A stretch of DNA of 62,634 nt, counting the filler. It is 6 parts of 6 records of this genome, joined end to end, with 100 filler letters (N's around TTAATTAATTAA, not from the genome) between each part and the next. Parts side by side here need not be neighbours in the genome. Positions count along the whole stretch, not along the records: positions 20,337 to 44,203 come from DRR378314_1933; 5 more parts are not named here. One strand, written 5' to 3'. Made by a program: the position numbers and the translations under genes. Positions 20,337 through 33,300 of this stretch are shown one piece after another. The notes under the pieces were generated by a model. The model did no database searches, had not been told where the DNA came from, and saw only the letters and a program-made list of their open reading frames with translations. The number at the start of each line of letters is the position of its first letter. The first letter of the stretch is position 1.

Positions 20337-23300
20337 TTCAAGCGACACCTCAACGTGTGCAGAACATACTTGAATCATGAACGAGTTGAGGTTCTTCGGA
20401 ATGATGACCAGTGTCAAGATGATCACAGAGAGGACGATGAGACGCGATTCCACTGCTGCTGGTGATATGTCGCCGTAACCGACGGTCGATAACGTGACAA
20501 CCGAGAAGTAGAACGCAGTGTGAAACTCGAACTTGGTGCTGCGGAAGCAAAACAAGGAGAGAAAGCGTCGTACGAAACCCGTCAGAATCGCTACTTTTCC
20601 TCACGTTGACACGTTCAAGTGACCTATTTTGTCGCTCAAGCATTCTCTACAACAGTGTTTCGCTCGTCATTCGGCATCTACTCTACTACACAGAGAAGCA
20701 GTCAATTGAATGATCATACAAAGGATATGTCTAAGAAAAAGAAACAGTACAAAAATCTACTTGATCATAGACATTCTGTCACGCAGAAGTTCTTCCTGTT
20801 CCACAATCGCTCATCATTGAAATTCTTTCTTGTTAGCAAAACGCTTTCGAAATAAAGCGTGTGATGACGTTTGCGCGAAGTGCATCATTCTAACGCGCGC
20901 ACACGCGAGGGATCTTGCTTCGAGAGTGCTCGAGGAGTGGCGTTGCGTCGCGCATTTCGCGCGAGCGCGCAGCGAAATCGAAAACTTTTCCCTCCATTCG
21001 TTCCCTTTTGTACGAAACGCAGAGCAATAAAATACGATTGACTTCGCACGTACCAGTCACTGTTTTCGATACATTCTCTGCACTGGACAATGGACTGATC
21101 GCAGGTCAGAGGATCAAACTCATCGGCGCGGTTAAACTGATGATCGAGAAGATTCGAAATTCCATGATAGATTCCCGTTGTGCAGAACATGAAGATGAAG
21201 ATCGTGAACACGAGAGTGAATGCTTTCTGCTTTATCACGTCTCGGTTATCTAACAGGAATCGAATACGATAAAGTCGAAGAATCCGGAAGATTCGGAAAA
21301 TTCTTGCAAATCGTAGCGCTTTCGAAACGGATCGAGTTGCACCAGAAGTCTACACAGAAGAAAAAGAAAAAAGAAAAAACGAAAACGAGAACGAACGAGG
21401 AATATTCGAGCGGATGTGCAACGGCTGTTAAACTACGACTCTCCATCATTCCTTGGTGGTACATTCCCTAAATATTCCTTCACAGCTACAATACATGAGG
21501 AAAAGAGCAGCACAGAATCGGAAAACTCCACAGTATTGTAATAATTTGCATATACAACCCAATTCCAAGAAACATTCGACTGTTCGATGAGGAAGAGCGA
21601 AGTACTTTGCTTGGAGTTTACGCGGAATCAATCGTCTACAAGGTCGCAGCGAGAGAATGAAACCATTTCCAACGAGAATCTACTTCGTTCTGCAACAACA
21701 GGATCGTGATCGTGCTTATCTTTTTTTCTTTCGTTACCTCTTTGATGATGATCGTCGCAATCGTTGGGACAATCGCAAGCATGTCGATTATCGCCTCTTT
21801 ACTCACAGCATGTCGAACCTACAGAGAGCGAAGGAGTAAATAACCACGAAGAGAACGAAAAAGCGAGAGAGAGGATAGGAAAGAAGACATGATTGACGCG
21901 AAGTAGAGTCAGCAAGAGATCAATAAATACAAGAGAGGAAGAGAAACATGGAATCGAAAAAAAGAGAAACCGAAGGAAAGAGAATACTGAATTCGACGAA
22001 GAGAATATGGAAAGAAACAAGAGCGATGCGTTACGCATCAGCATAAGGGTAATTCGAAATCGAAAAACTCCAACAAGGCAGTGAGACAGAAAAGAAAAGT
22101 AGAAAAAATCTCGACGCAAAAAGAAAACTGGATTTTCAGAGCATCATTGAAAATGTTCTCTCTGTTGTCGTTTCTACTTGTACTCTGAGCGGCAAAAAAG
22201 TGAATCTCCGACACGCAGATTAGCGTTGAAGTAAGTACGTACTCGATCTTCCGCTAAGAACAGATGTAGTGCGTAGTCAAAGATAAAATTCGCTGTTAAC
22301 ACGTATTCCGTCACTACGAGATCGAGTGGAAGATCTCCATCGGGTCGTTCTTCGTATGTTCCAACCACGTAGAGGATACAAGAGACAAACGAGAGAATCG
22401 ACTGAAAAACATCGAGGTAATATCCGGCTTTCGTACGAATCATGAATAGCATCAGCTGTAGACGGAAAGATTGGCTACTTTCGTCTTCAGCGTTCACATC
22501 CTACGTAGATGCCAAAAAACAAAAGGTCAATGTTGATACAGAGAAGAACGTGGTAGATTAGATCATCGATAGTCAACATGGACAATAGGAAGAGGAAGAA
22601 GTCCTGAAGGAGAATCTCGAACTCGGCTCAACATAATACCTGGAACGGTTCACATCAGAAAACGTGTCTTGCGTTGGTATTTTTCGTCGTGTTTGATGTT
22701 TTTCGTACCTCCATGGTAGAACTCGGAGAAAACTCATCGTCAATCTACAGAGTCGAGTATTAAGCGTATAGGATTGGACCCACAGAAAAGAAAAAAAGAG
22801 AACATTACAGTGATAAGATTCATATCCACAAGGCCATACGTGAAACGCGTACACATACTATCAGGCTACGGGGGAAACAGAGGTCGAGTATTACAACGAC
22901 ATGAACACAGATTGGTCTCGCAGCTGCATTTTTTGGTTTCACCGATATGGTCTGAAGAGGAAGAGCAAAACCGAGGGACACAGAAGAGCTAAACCAATGT
23001 TCACAACCTGTTGTACAAGCCCTCATCCTCCCCGACACCGTTGTGAATTTCTGCATTAGGAACGTACATTCATAGTCTCTTTCGCTTTGCGCGATGATTT
23101 TCGCCCCATGCTATTTCCGCGTCGCAGGAGCTTTTGCGCGAGGAAGGACGCTGCGCGAGGTCGATGCGGCATCGACCGTCGACGCGGTTGTTCTGCGAAC
23201 GATATGGGTTTACCCTACGAAAACATAGAGAAAGAGGAAGGAATAAAACGTAAGCACGAAGAAAAGACGAATCAAGTATGCTAGAGCAAAAGAGAAAGGC

Positions 23301-25337
23301 GCGGAGGTCTTGTGATCGATCATTGACGTGTTCTCTCCTCCAAAATAACATATTGAACAAGAAAACCAAGAGGAATTCCTAAAAACGGAAAAACCTTTCA
23401 CAACAATGTGGAATTATCTACTTTCTAAAGAGGGAACTAAGATTTCACAAAAAGAGTCGTCGCGAATCTACGAATTACGAACAACGGAACATGTACTCAT
23501 TCGTCCATGTGCTCCGTTGAAAGACCGATGATCATTCGCGAAACTATTGCAATACTTCTCCAAACAAGGGGGATTTTTCTTTCTCTCTCACGCATATTAC
23601 GCGCAACGACCATCAGTTTTGTACAAAATACACGAGATCATCGTTGCTTCTCGATGTTTCGAGGTCCAGACCCTCTTTTTCCACGTTCGCGCGAGAGACA
23701 AGTACTACAGATGAACTACTCGTACGATCTACGAAGACTTTTTTCCTACGCATAGAAGAAAGTTGCTCTAATACGATACCATGTTCAGTTAAGATCGAAC
23801 ATTCGTAGTCTCGGAAAAGGACGAGAGACGTAGAAACGTCGATGTCTATGGATATGGAGCACGATCGCGATGAGAGAGAAGAAGCATTTTCCCGCATCTC
23901 TCCACTGCAGGTATTTCGTCGTTTCTCTCGCAACGATACACAAATAAACACACAAACGAACCGCTGTCACTGCTTGTGAGTATGAAGTTCCTTCTTCTTG
24001 TACTTCAGCGATGATTTCGTCTTCTTCGATTTCTGACGAGTCCGATCCAGCCGTTTTCGACGTTCCACCTGCACAACACGTACATGGTGTCCCAACTCAG
24101 CAGATATTAGCACTACACGCGCCCAAACATACTCGTATTGCTTCCGTACAAAAAAGGAATAGTACTACAACAATACGAAGATTTGCTCGCGAAAAAAAAC
24201 GGAATACAACTGTCGCGAACGTGAAGCTGATCGTAACAGGAGGTGAAATGAATGACAGACAAGATCGATGGCGATCACGTAAGGGAAATACAAGTCGCAG
24301 ATTCTGTCTAAACAGATCTCATTTTGATCATATCACCGAACAACGCCATTGCGGATTTCCAGCGGAAAAAGAAGGCGATAATGCAGAGCAATTGTATACA
24401 GTTGCGTGTTCTTCTCGGACTACCGTGGAATAAAATGCGCTATGATGAACATTGCGCACATATAATTCGCGAAAGCGGCGCGATTCGCGAGCGAGTTTCG
24501 TCACGCAGATCGATATAGATGCCGCGAACGCCAAAGCTGCGATGAAGCACAGGAAATGACGCGTCAATGGGACGAGCGCAGTGCGTTCTTCCTTTTTCGT
24601 CTCTCTCTGCGCATACCTCCGTCATCGCTGGACTCCGACATCACATCGGACACGTTCATACGCTCAAAGTTGAACGTGTCATCTCGAATTTGGAAAGATT
24701 GAGGGCGACCTAGCGAATTCGATTGTTCTTGACGCGCGCACGCATGCAAAACGAACAACGATTGCATGACAAAACGGTGGAATTGCATTGATACACCGAG
24801 TAATACCGAGATAATGAGCAATAGGCTTCGAGGAAGTGGGAAAGCGAATGAAGCAAGGGGGAGGAGAAAGTTGAAAGTAAAGGAACAGAGATTCGCAGTC
24901 GTTGATCACTGAGAGGAAAAAATGCCAACTTTTGCTCACCACTTTCTACGTCAACGACACAAAGGTATATCGTTAGAAACGATGCGTCTAATGGCGAATT
25001 GAATAGCTTCGACGTGGTTTCGTTTTCTTCTTGCGCTGCACACAAGAGCGTCGTAGAGCACAACATCGTCCTGTACTCTATTGTCTTGTATGTACTTGAC
25101 AAAAACTCTTCAACAAGAACTGTATCCTTTTGACGTGGAGATAAAGACAGTATCAGCGAAAGAGAACAGTGTCGCACCATCATCAATTGCGGAGTCTGAG
25201 TCTGAATCGTCTCCTTCTTCTTCAACTGGAGTAAAAGGATCGTTTTCCTCTACGTCGTTTTCCGCCTGTGGTCGAATATCGGGATACGTTTCTTGCTCAG
25301 TCGACACATTCTCTTCATCTTCCCTTCGGTCGCTCAC
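20337..25337 (-). CDS. Spliced six-TM voltage-sensor potassium channel, Slo/BK-like; 3' truncated
   Basis: Acidic N-terminal exons (tentative). S1-S2 is GYYLDVFQSILSFVSCILYVVGTY...FIFDYALHLFLAEDR, S3 is AIIDMLAIVP, S4 is KALRFARIFRIFRILRLYRIRF, S5 is AFTLVFTIFIFMFCTTGIY, and the pore is FYFSVVTLSTVGYGDISP. Confidence 0.88.
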
Positions 25338-27282
25338 TTTTTTTTGCCAGACATCGCAGCATAGGCGCGTTTATGAATAAAACGTGGAGTTAGTTCAATG
25401 CTCACTCGTTTGAGATACAGTTTCGTTCAGATACGATTCGTTTGAATACAACAGTGCACGCGAGGTGCGAAACGAGGACAACAGGAATTCGCGGTTTCTT
25501 TCCACTCCCCGATCGCGACTTTCCCTGGCGGCGAGGCATTCACGATCATTCTTCGCACTCCACGTCATCGAATCTAACTATAAGTAAGACGCTGTTCCAG
25601 TTTGCTTTGATGCCGTGAAAGGCAGAAACAGACCGCGCTGTGGAATGTGCGAAGTTTGCCACATGCGCCGAAGCTAACAGAAAAGACGTCGAACCGCGAA
25701 ACGGAAACCACGCATAGGGAGAAGCGACTGCAAAGACACAAAAGTGTCCTCTGCGGGGCAGCGCAGTTTCCTATTCCGACGAGACAGGGAGCTAAAACGC
25801 AAGAAACAACTCTGAGAAGCATGCACAGTGTGATCACGTTCATGATCCAGGATTTCCGCCTATGGCCGGGAGTTCGCTGCGTTGCTTGGTGGAAAAAGCT
25901 GTGTCGTGGAGGAGCTGGGAACGCCGGCGCCGCTCCCAGACCGAAGCGCGCACTGCACGCGAAAGAACGGCATATTCCCAGCGCAACAGCGCACGGAATC
26001 CATCTCCAAATACACATCAACGTAGCTCACAAAATATATTATCAATACGATACGCTGTGCTACGCAACGCGCCGGTGATTTCATCAACAGCGCGCCGGAA
26101 AGCACGCGCACCGCAGCAGTCACTGCCGTGGCGCCAATGGTAAGAAAAGCCAGCACACGCGATCTTCGAGCCCGATGGGCACGGACATGGCGTACAACGC
26201 GCTGCAAAAGCTGCACCAAATTGCATAGTACCCAGGCTATCCATTCCGTTTCGCTACACACTTGGCGCAATAAATTGCGCGAAATAAACGCAAGACTCCA
26301 CATAGAGAGTGTGCGAGGGCGAGGGGATGGCACTTTCTTTTTGCGCGAGCTTTCCTTCTCCCGGTGCGCACGGCTGTGCGCGCAAGGGAGGGGAGCGGGC
26401 GAGGTGCCGCAGCGCGGCGCGCGCGCGCTCGCACGGACAGAAACACGGCACCGTTCGATCCCAATGCCTCGTAGAGACTTTTGATACAATGATAGGAACG
26501 TACTTGTGATGTAGTGTACAGAGGTAGAGCGTCAACGCGAGCTGTAATGCGACTGCAGTCGCGCCCGTGCGCTGCGAGGCTGGGATAGAGCAGGGTAAGG
26601 TACGCGCGCGCGCACCGTATGCGCGTGCACTGCAACGTCTCTCTGCGACAGACTGCACTGCCTCAGGTTGATACTGGCTATCATCAACCCTGGAAGGGAG
26701 TTAAGTTGGGAAGTCATACTAACCAAGGATGTTACGATAACCCTAAAGAAAAACGCATTCCCAAATTGGTAAGTCGTCCAGGTTCATATATTAAGATTTT
26801 GTATCGCAAAGATAAGGGGAAAGATATTGGAGGTGCCTCCTTCTGTCTCGTAGCATTTGACGCGACTAACCATGAGAATGAATCTCTTGTTTCTCGCTCT
26901 CGCGCGGTTGCCCTGGACACGGCGCCCAGCGAGCCAATCTGCTCCTATGCGCGCCAAGCGGGTCGTCTCAGTCTTTCTTCGCTCTTGTTGAGCATTTTGC
27001 TCCTCCATCTTCGACTCGTGCCGACTTCTCTAATAATACCGGTGTAGCATTAATTCCTGTGAACCTCTGGTAAATTGCTGAGGGCAGATCAGAGAAACGA
27101 GCGTCGCAACGCGGTTCTTCGTGTAGCTTCTGGGTGTTCTTTGCCTGAGTTTGCTCGTCGGTGCTTTCGTGTACCTGCGTCTGCTCGACGAGCGCTCTTC
27201 CGCATTTCCTTCTGACCATTGACGGCGCACTAGCGACGCAAAGATATCGGTAATATCTCATTGTATTTTGAGGTGGTCTTCT

Positions 27283-29227
27283 ATGAAGGGTCTCAACGTC
27301 ACATACTGTCACAATGGCTACCAACCCCGTCTTCTTCCCTTCGCCGTTTCGTTGCTTGTGGCCGCGGCGCTGCTCGACGTTGCGCACGGAGGAGTCGTAA
27401 TCGACGAAAAATTCACCGACCCGCGCAAGAGCATCTTGCGAACGAAAAAATCACAGCCAATCGTCGTTCTTAGTCCAGAAAACTTTGACCAGGTGGTAAA
27501 CGGAGTGGATAATGTGCTGGTGGACTTTTACGCGCCGTGGTGCGGCCACTGTGCGCTGCTGGAACCGGTACGAGCTACTCACTCGCACACTGACTCTGTG
27601 TCTGTGTATGTGGCGACACCACTATGGGCATTGAGACGATACTTCCGACGCTTCGTTGAAACAATCACAAGATCTTATTGCGATCACTCTCAATTGTGTA
27701 TGAATGCATTGGGCGGGTTGGTTCTTCCTCCAGCACTTCCTTCGACTGCTTTCGCTCTGCGTTTCGTCCTCGTTCGTTCTGAGAGCAGCCTGGTGCGCTG
27801 TGTTCGTCGCTCCGCGAATCCCGCGCAGAAACTGCGGCAAGTTGGAGTCCTTTATTTCCCGCGAAATGATGTGGTCATCGCCAAAGTCGACTGTGACAAG
27901 TACCGAGCGCTTTGCATGCGTTTTCGGGTACGTGAAGCAGTTTTTTTTTCTGCCCTCACATCGCTGCTGCGGTTGCCGCAGATTTGCCAGTTGTCCGCCC
28001 CTGCTTGGTCGATTCGCTTTCCGTCTGCAGCTGTATCGCCGAGATGGATGATATTTGTACTTCTTTCGATTCTTCTAGGTCCTCTCTCTTTCTCCTTCGT
28101 GCCTGGGATAATTTCTCTGCTTAATTGTCTTTCTAATCGAACGTGCTCTGCTCTGCGACTGCAAATTCAATTACCCCTTTGGTATAGATACGTGCCTTTC
28201 CGTCGCTGAAGCTCTTCCCGCGCGGGAAAGTTCCACTTTCTCCCGTCGAGTACGTTGATTCCTTTTCAAGATGCAAGGAGTAGCACTATATAGATGCTTC
28301 ACGTCTATAAAATACAGGACGGTGAACGTAGCGGTAGTAGAGGGTAGTGATTGTCCGAATGAAGCAAACAAGAGAATGGTTAACGCGATGCTATTTCTTC
28401 GATTGTCAGGACGTATGTTTCTCCCACCCCATGATTTTTCATTTTGCGAATGAAAATGCGAAACGAGAGCTGATGGTCCGAAGTGCATTCTTTTCATGCT
28501 GATTGTTCGTAGCAGCCTCTCTTTTCATAAGCTTTCCTTGTTTCAATGCCGGTTTGTCTCTTTGGAGTTCAGGAAACGAGCAGTTCGTTCACTCGGGAGT
28601 TTTCTCATGCTCCTTTGTTGTATTCGCCGCTTCCTTTTTCCTTCCTTCACGCTTCCCGCAGCTACTACGGTCGACATGATGCGTTAATGATTGCGAATTT
28701 CGTATACGGAAAAGTGAAAGAGTTCAATGGTTTGTTGAAATGCTGAAGATAAGGGGGAGTTGCGGAATGTAGTCGTAGCAAAAACATTTTGCACTTCTAT
28801 TGTGAACTGTGTCTCTTGTACATTTTTTTTATTTTCCCTTTTCTCTCCCGTTTGGCTATTCCTTCCTGTTTCTCCGTGTAACTGAAACATTCCTTCTTTC
28901 GTGCCGTTCAATCTGGCTTCTCTCTCTGAGATAGTAAAAAGGGTTGCAATTCATCCTCAGCGTTATCGTTGCAGTATTCGTCGGTTCCCTTGTACTTTCT
29001 GCTGGTAGTTCTTCTCCCTATGGAAGCTATATTGCTTTCAAGTGATGTTTTTTTCCTGCAACTTTTTCATTGTTGTATACCGGTTCGCGCTTTGCATTTG
29101 CGAATGGTTCATTGCACCTGAAACGTTTCTTATTCTCTGACATTGATAACGTTTGCTGTTTTCTTTGATCACAGACGCGGAACAACGACGATTGGGTGCA
29201 AGAGAGCCAATATGGAAGGAGATGTAG
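27283..29227 (+). CDS. Protein disulfide isomerase-like protein with one thioredoxin domain, about 5 exons
   Basis: Signal peptide-like [15 protein letters not shown], then [13 protein letters not shown] | [19 protein letters not shown] | [14 protein letters not shown] | [14 protein letters not shown] | [17 protein letters not shown]. The last exon is tentative. Confidence 0.82.
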
Positions 29228-30362
29228 ATCAGAGAACACCAATCTACATGGGAACGGGTCTGCAGCAGAATCGACATCGATGCGGAATCGCAAGTGCGAC
29301 TCCCTCCTCTACTCGTTGAGCTGCTTGAACTGCAACGAGCGGCGTGTATGCGTTCTTTTCCTTTCCCCGACGAACACCCATGAGTCTGTTTTCGTAGCTT
29401 CTTTGTGTGGACTCCTGGCTGCCTCTCCGCTCGCTTGTGTTGTATTTGCGAGAAGAATGCAACGGGGCTCCCATGTTCCGCCGGCGCGGACAACTGTGGA
29501 ATCGCGAAAACCTATACCGTAGCGGCTGAATGGGCAAGGTCATCCAACAATAAAACGAAACTCGTCAAGATCATAAGTCGCGCGCGCATTTTCCCCCTAT
29601 TGTTGATGGTTAAGGGATAGCAAGATTCTTTTTCACTCCAGAACGAACTGCATTGGAGAGAAAGCATCCTGGTGTGTGCTTCGATTCTCGTATGTACAGG
29701 CGCGTGCGGTGGTGCGAGTGACCGCGATGAAGCATAGGAAAGCGGTTTCGTCGTGGGATCCATAGCAAGAAGGGTCTATACGTTGCACGCAGCGGATCGG
29801 GTTTGCAGGATTGAGATCAAATAAATTCATCGAAATGGTTCCACTACTTCGTGCGTTCGGTGTTCTTCTGCCGGCAGGGCGCTGGCGCTTTGCCGCCGGT
29901 CTTCCTCGCAGCTCGCTCCTCCCGTCCTCTCTCACTCTCGCGCTGCTGCAACAGCCCGACACCTGCTCATCCCTAAGAAATCTTGCACGGCAATTTCCTA
30001 CGTATTTCTAGGTTCGGAACAGAACAAACCGTTCTTTACTCAGACAGGCTCTGTGACGAATGGTCTTATTCTAGACAACTGGCGTTTGGAGTTTATATTT
30101 GGATTCTGCAATATATAAGACACTACTTGTTCAAAAAGTGATGTCTCCCATTCGGCGCCGCACGTCACCGCGGCTTGCCGCCGCGCTTCTCGCACTTGGC
30201 AACTGCTTTCTGTGCGCAGAGGCGTTCTCGCGTTCGACGCCGAACGCCTACTTTTCACGCGGCAGCAAAAATAGCTTGATTCGCCGAGTGCACTGCTGAC
30301 GCGCGCGCTTTGTGACAGAATCGTTGGAGTTGAGCCGTTTGGGCTGCGGCGTCGACACTGCG

Positions 30363-33300
30363 ATGCGCAGTGCTCGGGCTGGTCTGTTCCTCGGCTTCCT
30401 CGCGCTGGTCGTCGGCTCCGTCGAATGCAACTTCCGCGCCCAAGATGCCCTCAACATCCTCGTTGCTTCGCCAGGCAAAGGTATATTAGAATGAAAAATA
30501 TGAAGAATATGGTTGTAGGACGAAACGGGAATCTTGATGGCAGCAGGAGTGCTCCGAAGATCGATAGCCAGCGAGGGACGCAGAGAGCGAGCGGAAGCGG
30601 ATACAGCGGGAACAAGGACTGAAACACGACACTGGACAGAAAAACAAGGACAACAGTCCTCCTGCTCCTCGTTTCCGCTTCGGCTCTCTCATTCTCTCTC
30701 TCTCCCCTCTCTCTCCGAGATCTCTTACTGTGCAATTCTTTCTTGTGGATAGCTTGCGTTGCCACAAGCGTACGAGCAGGGGTGAAATGAGCATGAATCT
30801 CTTCTCTATTTTCGTTGTTGCGCTTGCTTGTGGACTGCGCGGCGTTTCTTTTTCTGGTCTCAGGTTCTGCTTTCAGTTTTTGCAACACAGTGGTTTTCTC
30901 TCTCTCGTGCTCTGCTAAACGCCCTCGCGAACTCTCTGGATCTTCAGAGTGAGCTTTGTTTGCGCATTACTTCATGTGCGAGTCACTTATTCACGCTGTA
31001 AGTGCATCTGGTGAAGGAATTGAGCGTTTTTTAGTTCCTTTCTATGTAAATCCGCGTAGATCTTGCCAATTGGATTTGCTGCGTTGCGAGTATCTGGTGT
31101 TCTCGTCTCTTGGAGAGCGCTGGGTTGAGTGTCGCAGTGTATTTGTTCCGGTGTTTCGTATTATTTCGTTCCTTCCGGTAGTGCTTTCCTTCGCATCGAG
31201 ACAAGTTGAGCAAGGATATGGCTTCCTCTGCATAGTGCGTACCGATAAGGGGCCTTTACGCGGCGTTCTCCGTTTGCACCTGGAGCTACGAGCGAGCTGG
31301 ATCCTGCGGCTGTTTCTCCTATAGCTCGTTGTGCGACAGAAGCCTCGTTGTCGCAGACGAAGTCACGTTTTCCTCTCGCATGTCCAGTATTGCAAGGGAG
31401 ATATTCACGTAATTCTTTGCAACGCTATACTATACAACGCGCTCGGAACAAAATGGATGGAAGTAGCCGAAAAATGTTTCACTTTGTTCGATGTTGACGC
31501 ATTGACGATACATGGTAGACACGGCACTCCACAACGTCGATGTCGTCATTGTTCTCTCTCTTCCTTGTCGGCTTTTTTTTGCTCGATAGAAGTGAATGTA
31601 GCGCTGCGAATCGCGGTTTTTTCTCTTGGCCTTTCCAATTCGAATACGTGTACATCTATGTACCTCTTGGCGCGAATACGCGTGTTTTCCGCCATTTTCC
31701 GCGTGACATCGATAGTCGCTTTGTCCTCACTTCGATTCATTGCTCACCTTGACACTGTCCGTAGCGATCCTCTTCGGTCGAACGTCGCTCATGGTCCGTT
31801 TCTTTTGCATGTCTGTGGTATGCTATGGTGGTTTTCCTTGCAGATGGAATTCCAGAAGTCGCGTTCACGTTTCCAGCACACGAGAGATTCAACTCGTCGA
31901 TTACGCGAGTTTTTTCCTCTCGAGGATATGTTCGACGAACAATAATTCCGCGCGTTGATCTCAGTGAAGGTGCGATAATGTGTCGACGACGATTACAGAA
32001 CAATCGTCGTATATTTGTGAACGCTTATGCGCGTATTCGAGCTCGAAAGTGTCGTACATTCGTATAGTACTTCGATCGTAGAAACGAAATGATCATTCCT
32101 GCGGAAGCTGTGGCCATGAACGGATGGTTGTCAAGGTTATGTCGCTTCTCGTGGTGTTCGTCTATGGTTTATCGCGGAAAAGTGAAGGGTTTGGGTGGTT
32201 CCTTATCACACATCTGAGTTCATACTTTCTGCTGGAGAAATGCGAAATGGAGGTCTTTTTGCGCGAATATGTAGTGCTTTCTTTCTCGCTTTCATGATTT
32301 GCTATCAGTAGCGCATTGATGTTGTGCTGAACATTTTCTGTCCGGATTTTGTGCTCTTCACCATATCTCGCTACGCAAGGCGTTTCGTGCGAAGTGCCAA
32401 ATGTTGTTGATTTGTGCGGAAGATGTGTTTTGCCAATTGATTCTTGCACTTCTCTTGGTACGTTGAGAAGGGCGAATGGGCGCGTTTCTGGGGAGGGGAA
32501 GAGAATCACAATTGCGAAAATGAACACGAATGAGAAGTTGAATGTATTCTTGCTTCATAGTGTACTATATGAGGTTCTTGCTATCCTCAAAGTGAACGAG
32601 AAACGGACTGAGCACGAGAAACAACGCAGAGAATCAGGCGAGAAACGACGCGGCAGCGAATACCGTGAGAAGGAATCGGAGATGAGGAAACTGTTAGGAT
32701 TCTCTCCACATCGTTCTTTCGTATTCCTGGCATATTCAAGGGGGTTTACAGCTTCTGTTCTGTGCGATAGTTTTCTGGTGAACGTACCTGTTTCTTGCTA
32801 CAGCGGCGCGTTTTGTGAAGATATGTTTGTTATTTTGCAAGTGCCGAGCACTTTGGTTGAGCCAAGTCACTACTTTGTGTTCTTGGTTCGTTTCCTCAAC
32901 TTTGTCATTTGATTCGCTTGTTTTTCCCGTCAAATGCGCATTTATTTTTTACTTTTGCAGCGTACGAGGAGAAAATGCCCTTTTTCGCTGCTGTTCACCC
33001 AATATTTGTCCGACAAGTTTCTGTGTTGGCGCCGATTTGCGACTCGGCATCTACGTTTTTCATTGATGGTTCGTGTGGGGATTTGTTCATTCTTTTTATG
33101 GGAGAAAGAGTACGAGTTCTCTGCTACACAAGAAGTGTTTCTTCTATTGCTGTTAAAGTTGCAGCTTTCTTTTTTCATCCTGAGATTTGTTGATTATTTC
33201 GTAATTTTCGTCGGAAATGAACTCATTCCATGCAAGCTTCACATGCGCGTTGCGCAATTGTCCCCCTTTCGCTGCTTGTACTTCTTCGTGTTGATCTTTC

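Noticed and set aside
25860..27047. Candidate small genes and a hairpin-containing AT-richer patch near 26660-26880
   Set aside because: No recognisable protein or RNA family and no consistent exon chain could be built.
29883..29912. Minus-strand peptide AARKTGGKAP resembling the histone H3 tail
   Set aside because: It lacks the Ser of ARKSTGGKAP, no histone fold follows, the frame closes soon after, and there is no gene model. It is probably chance.
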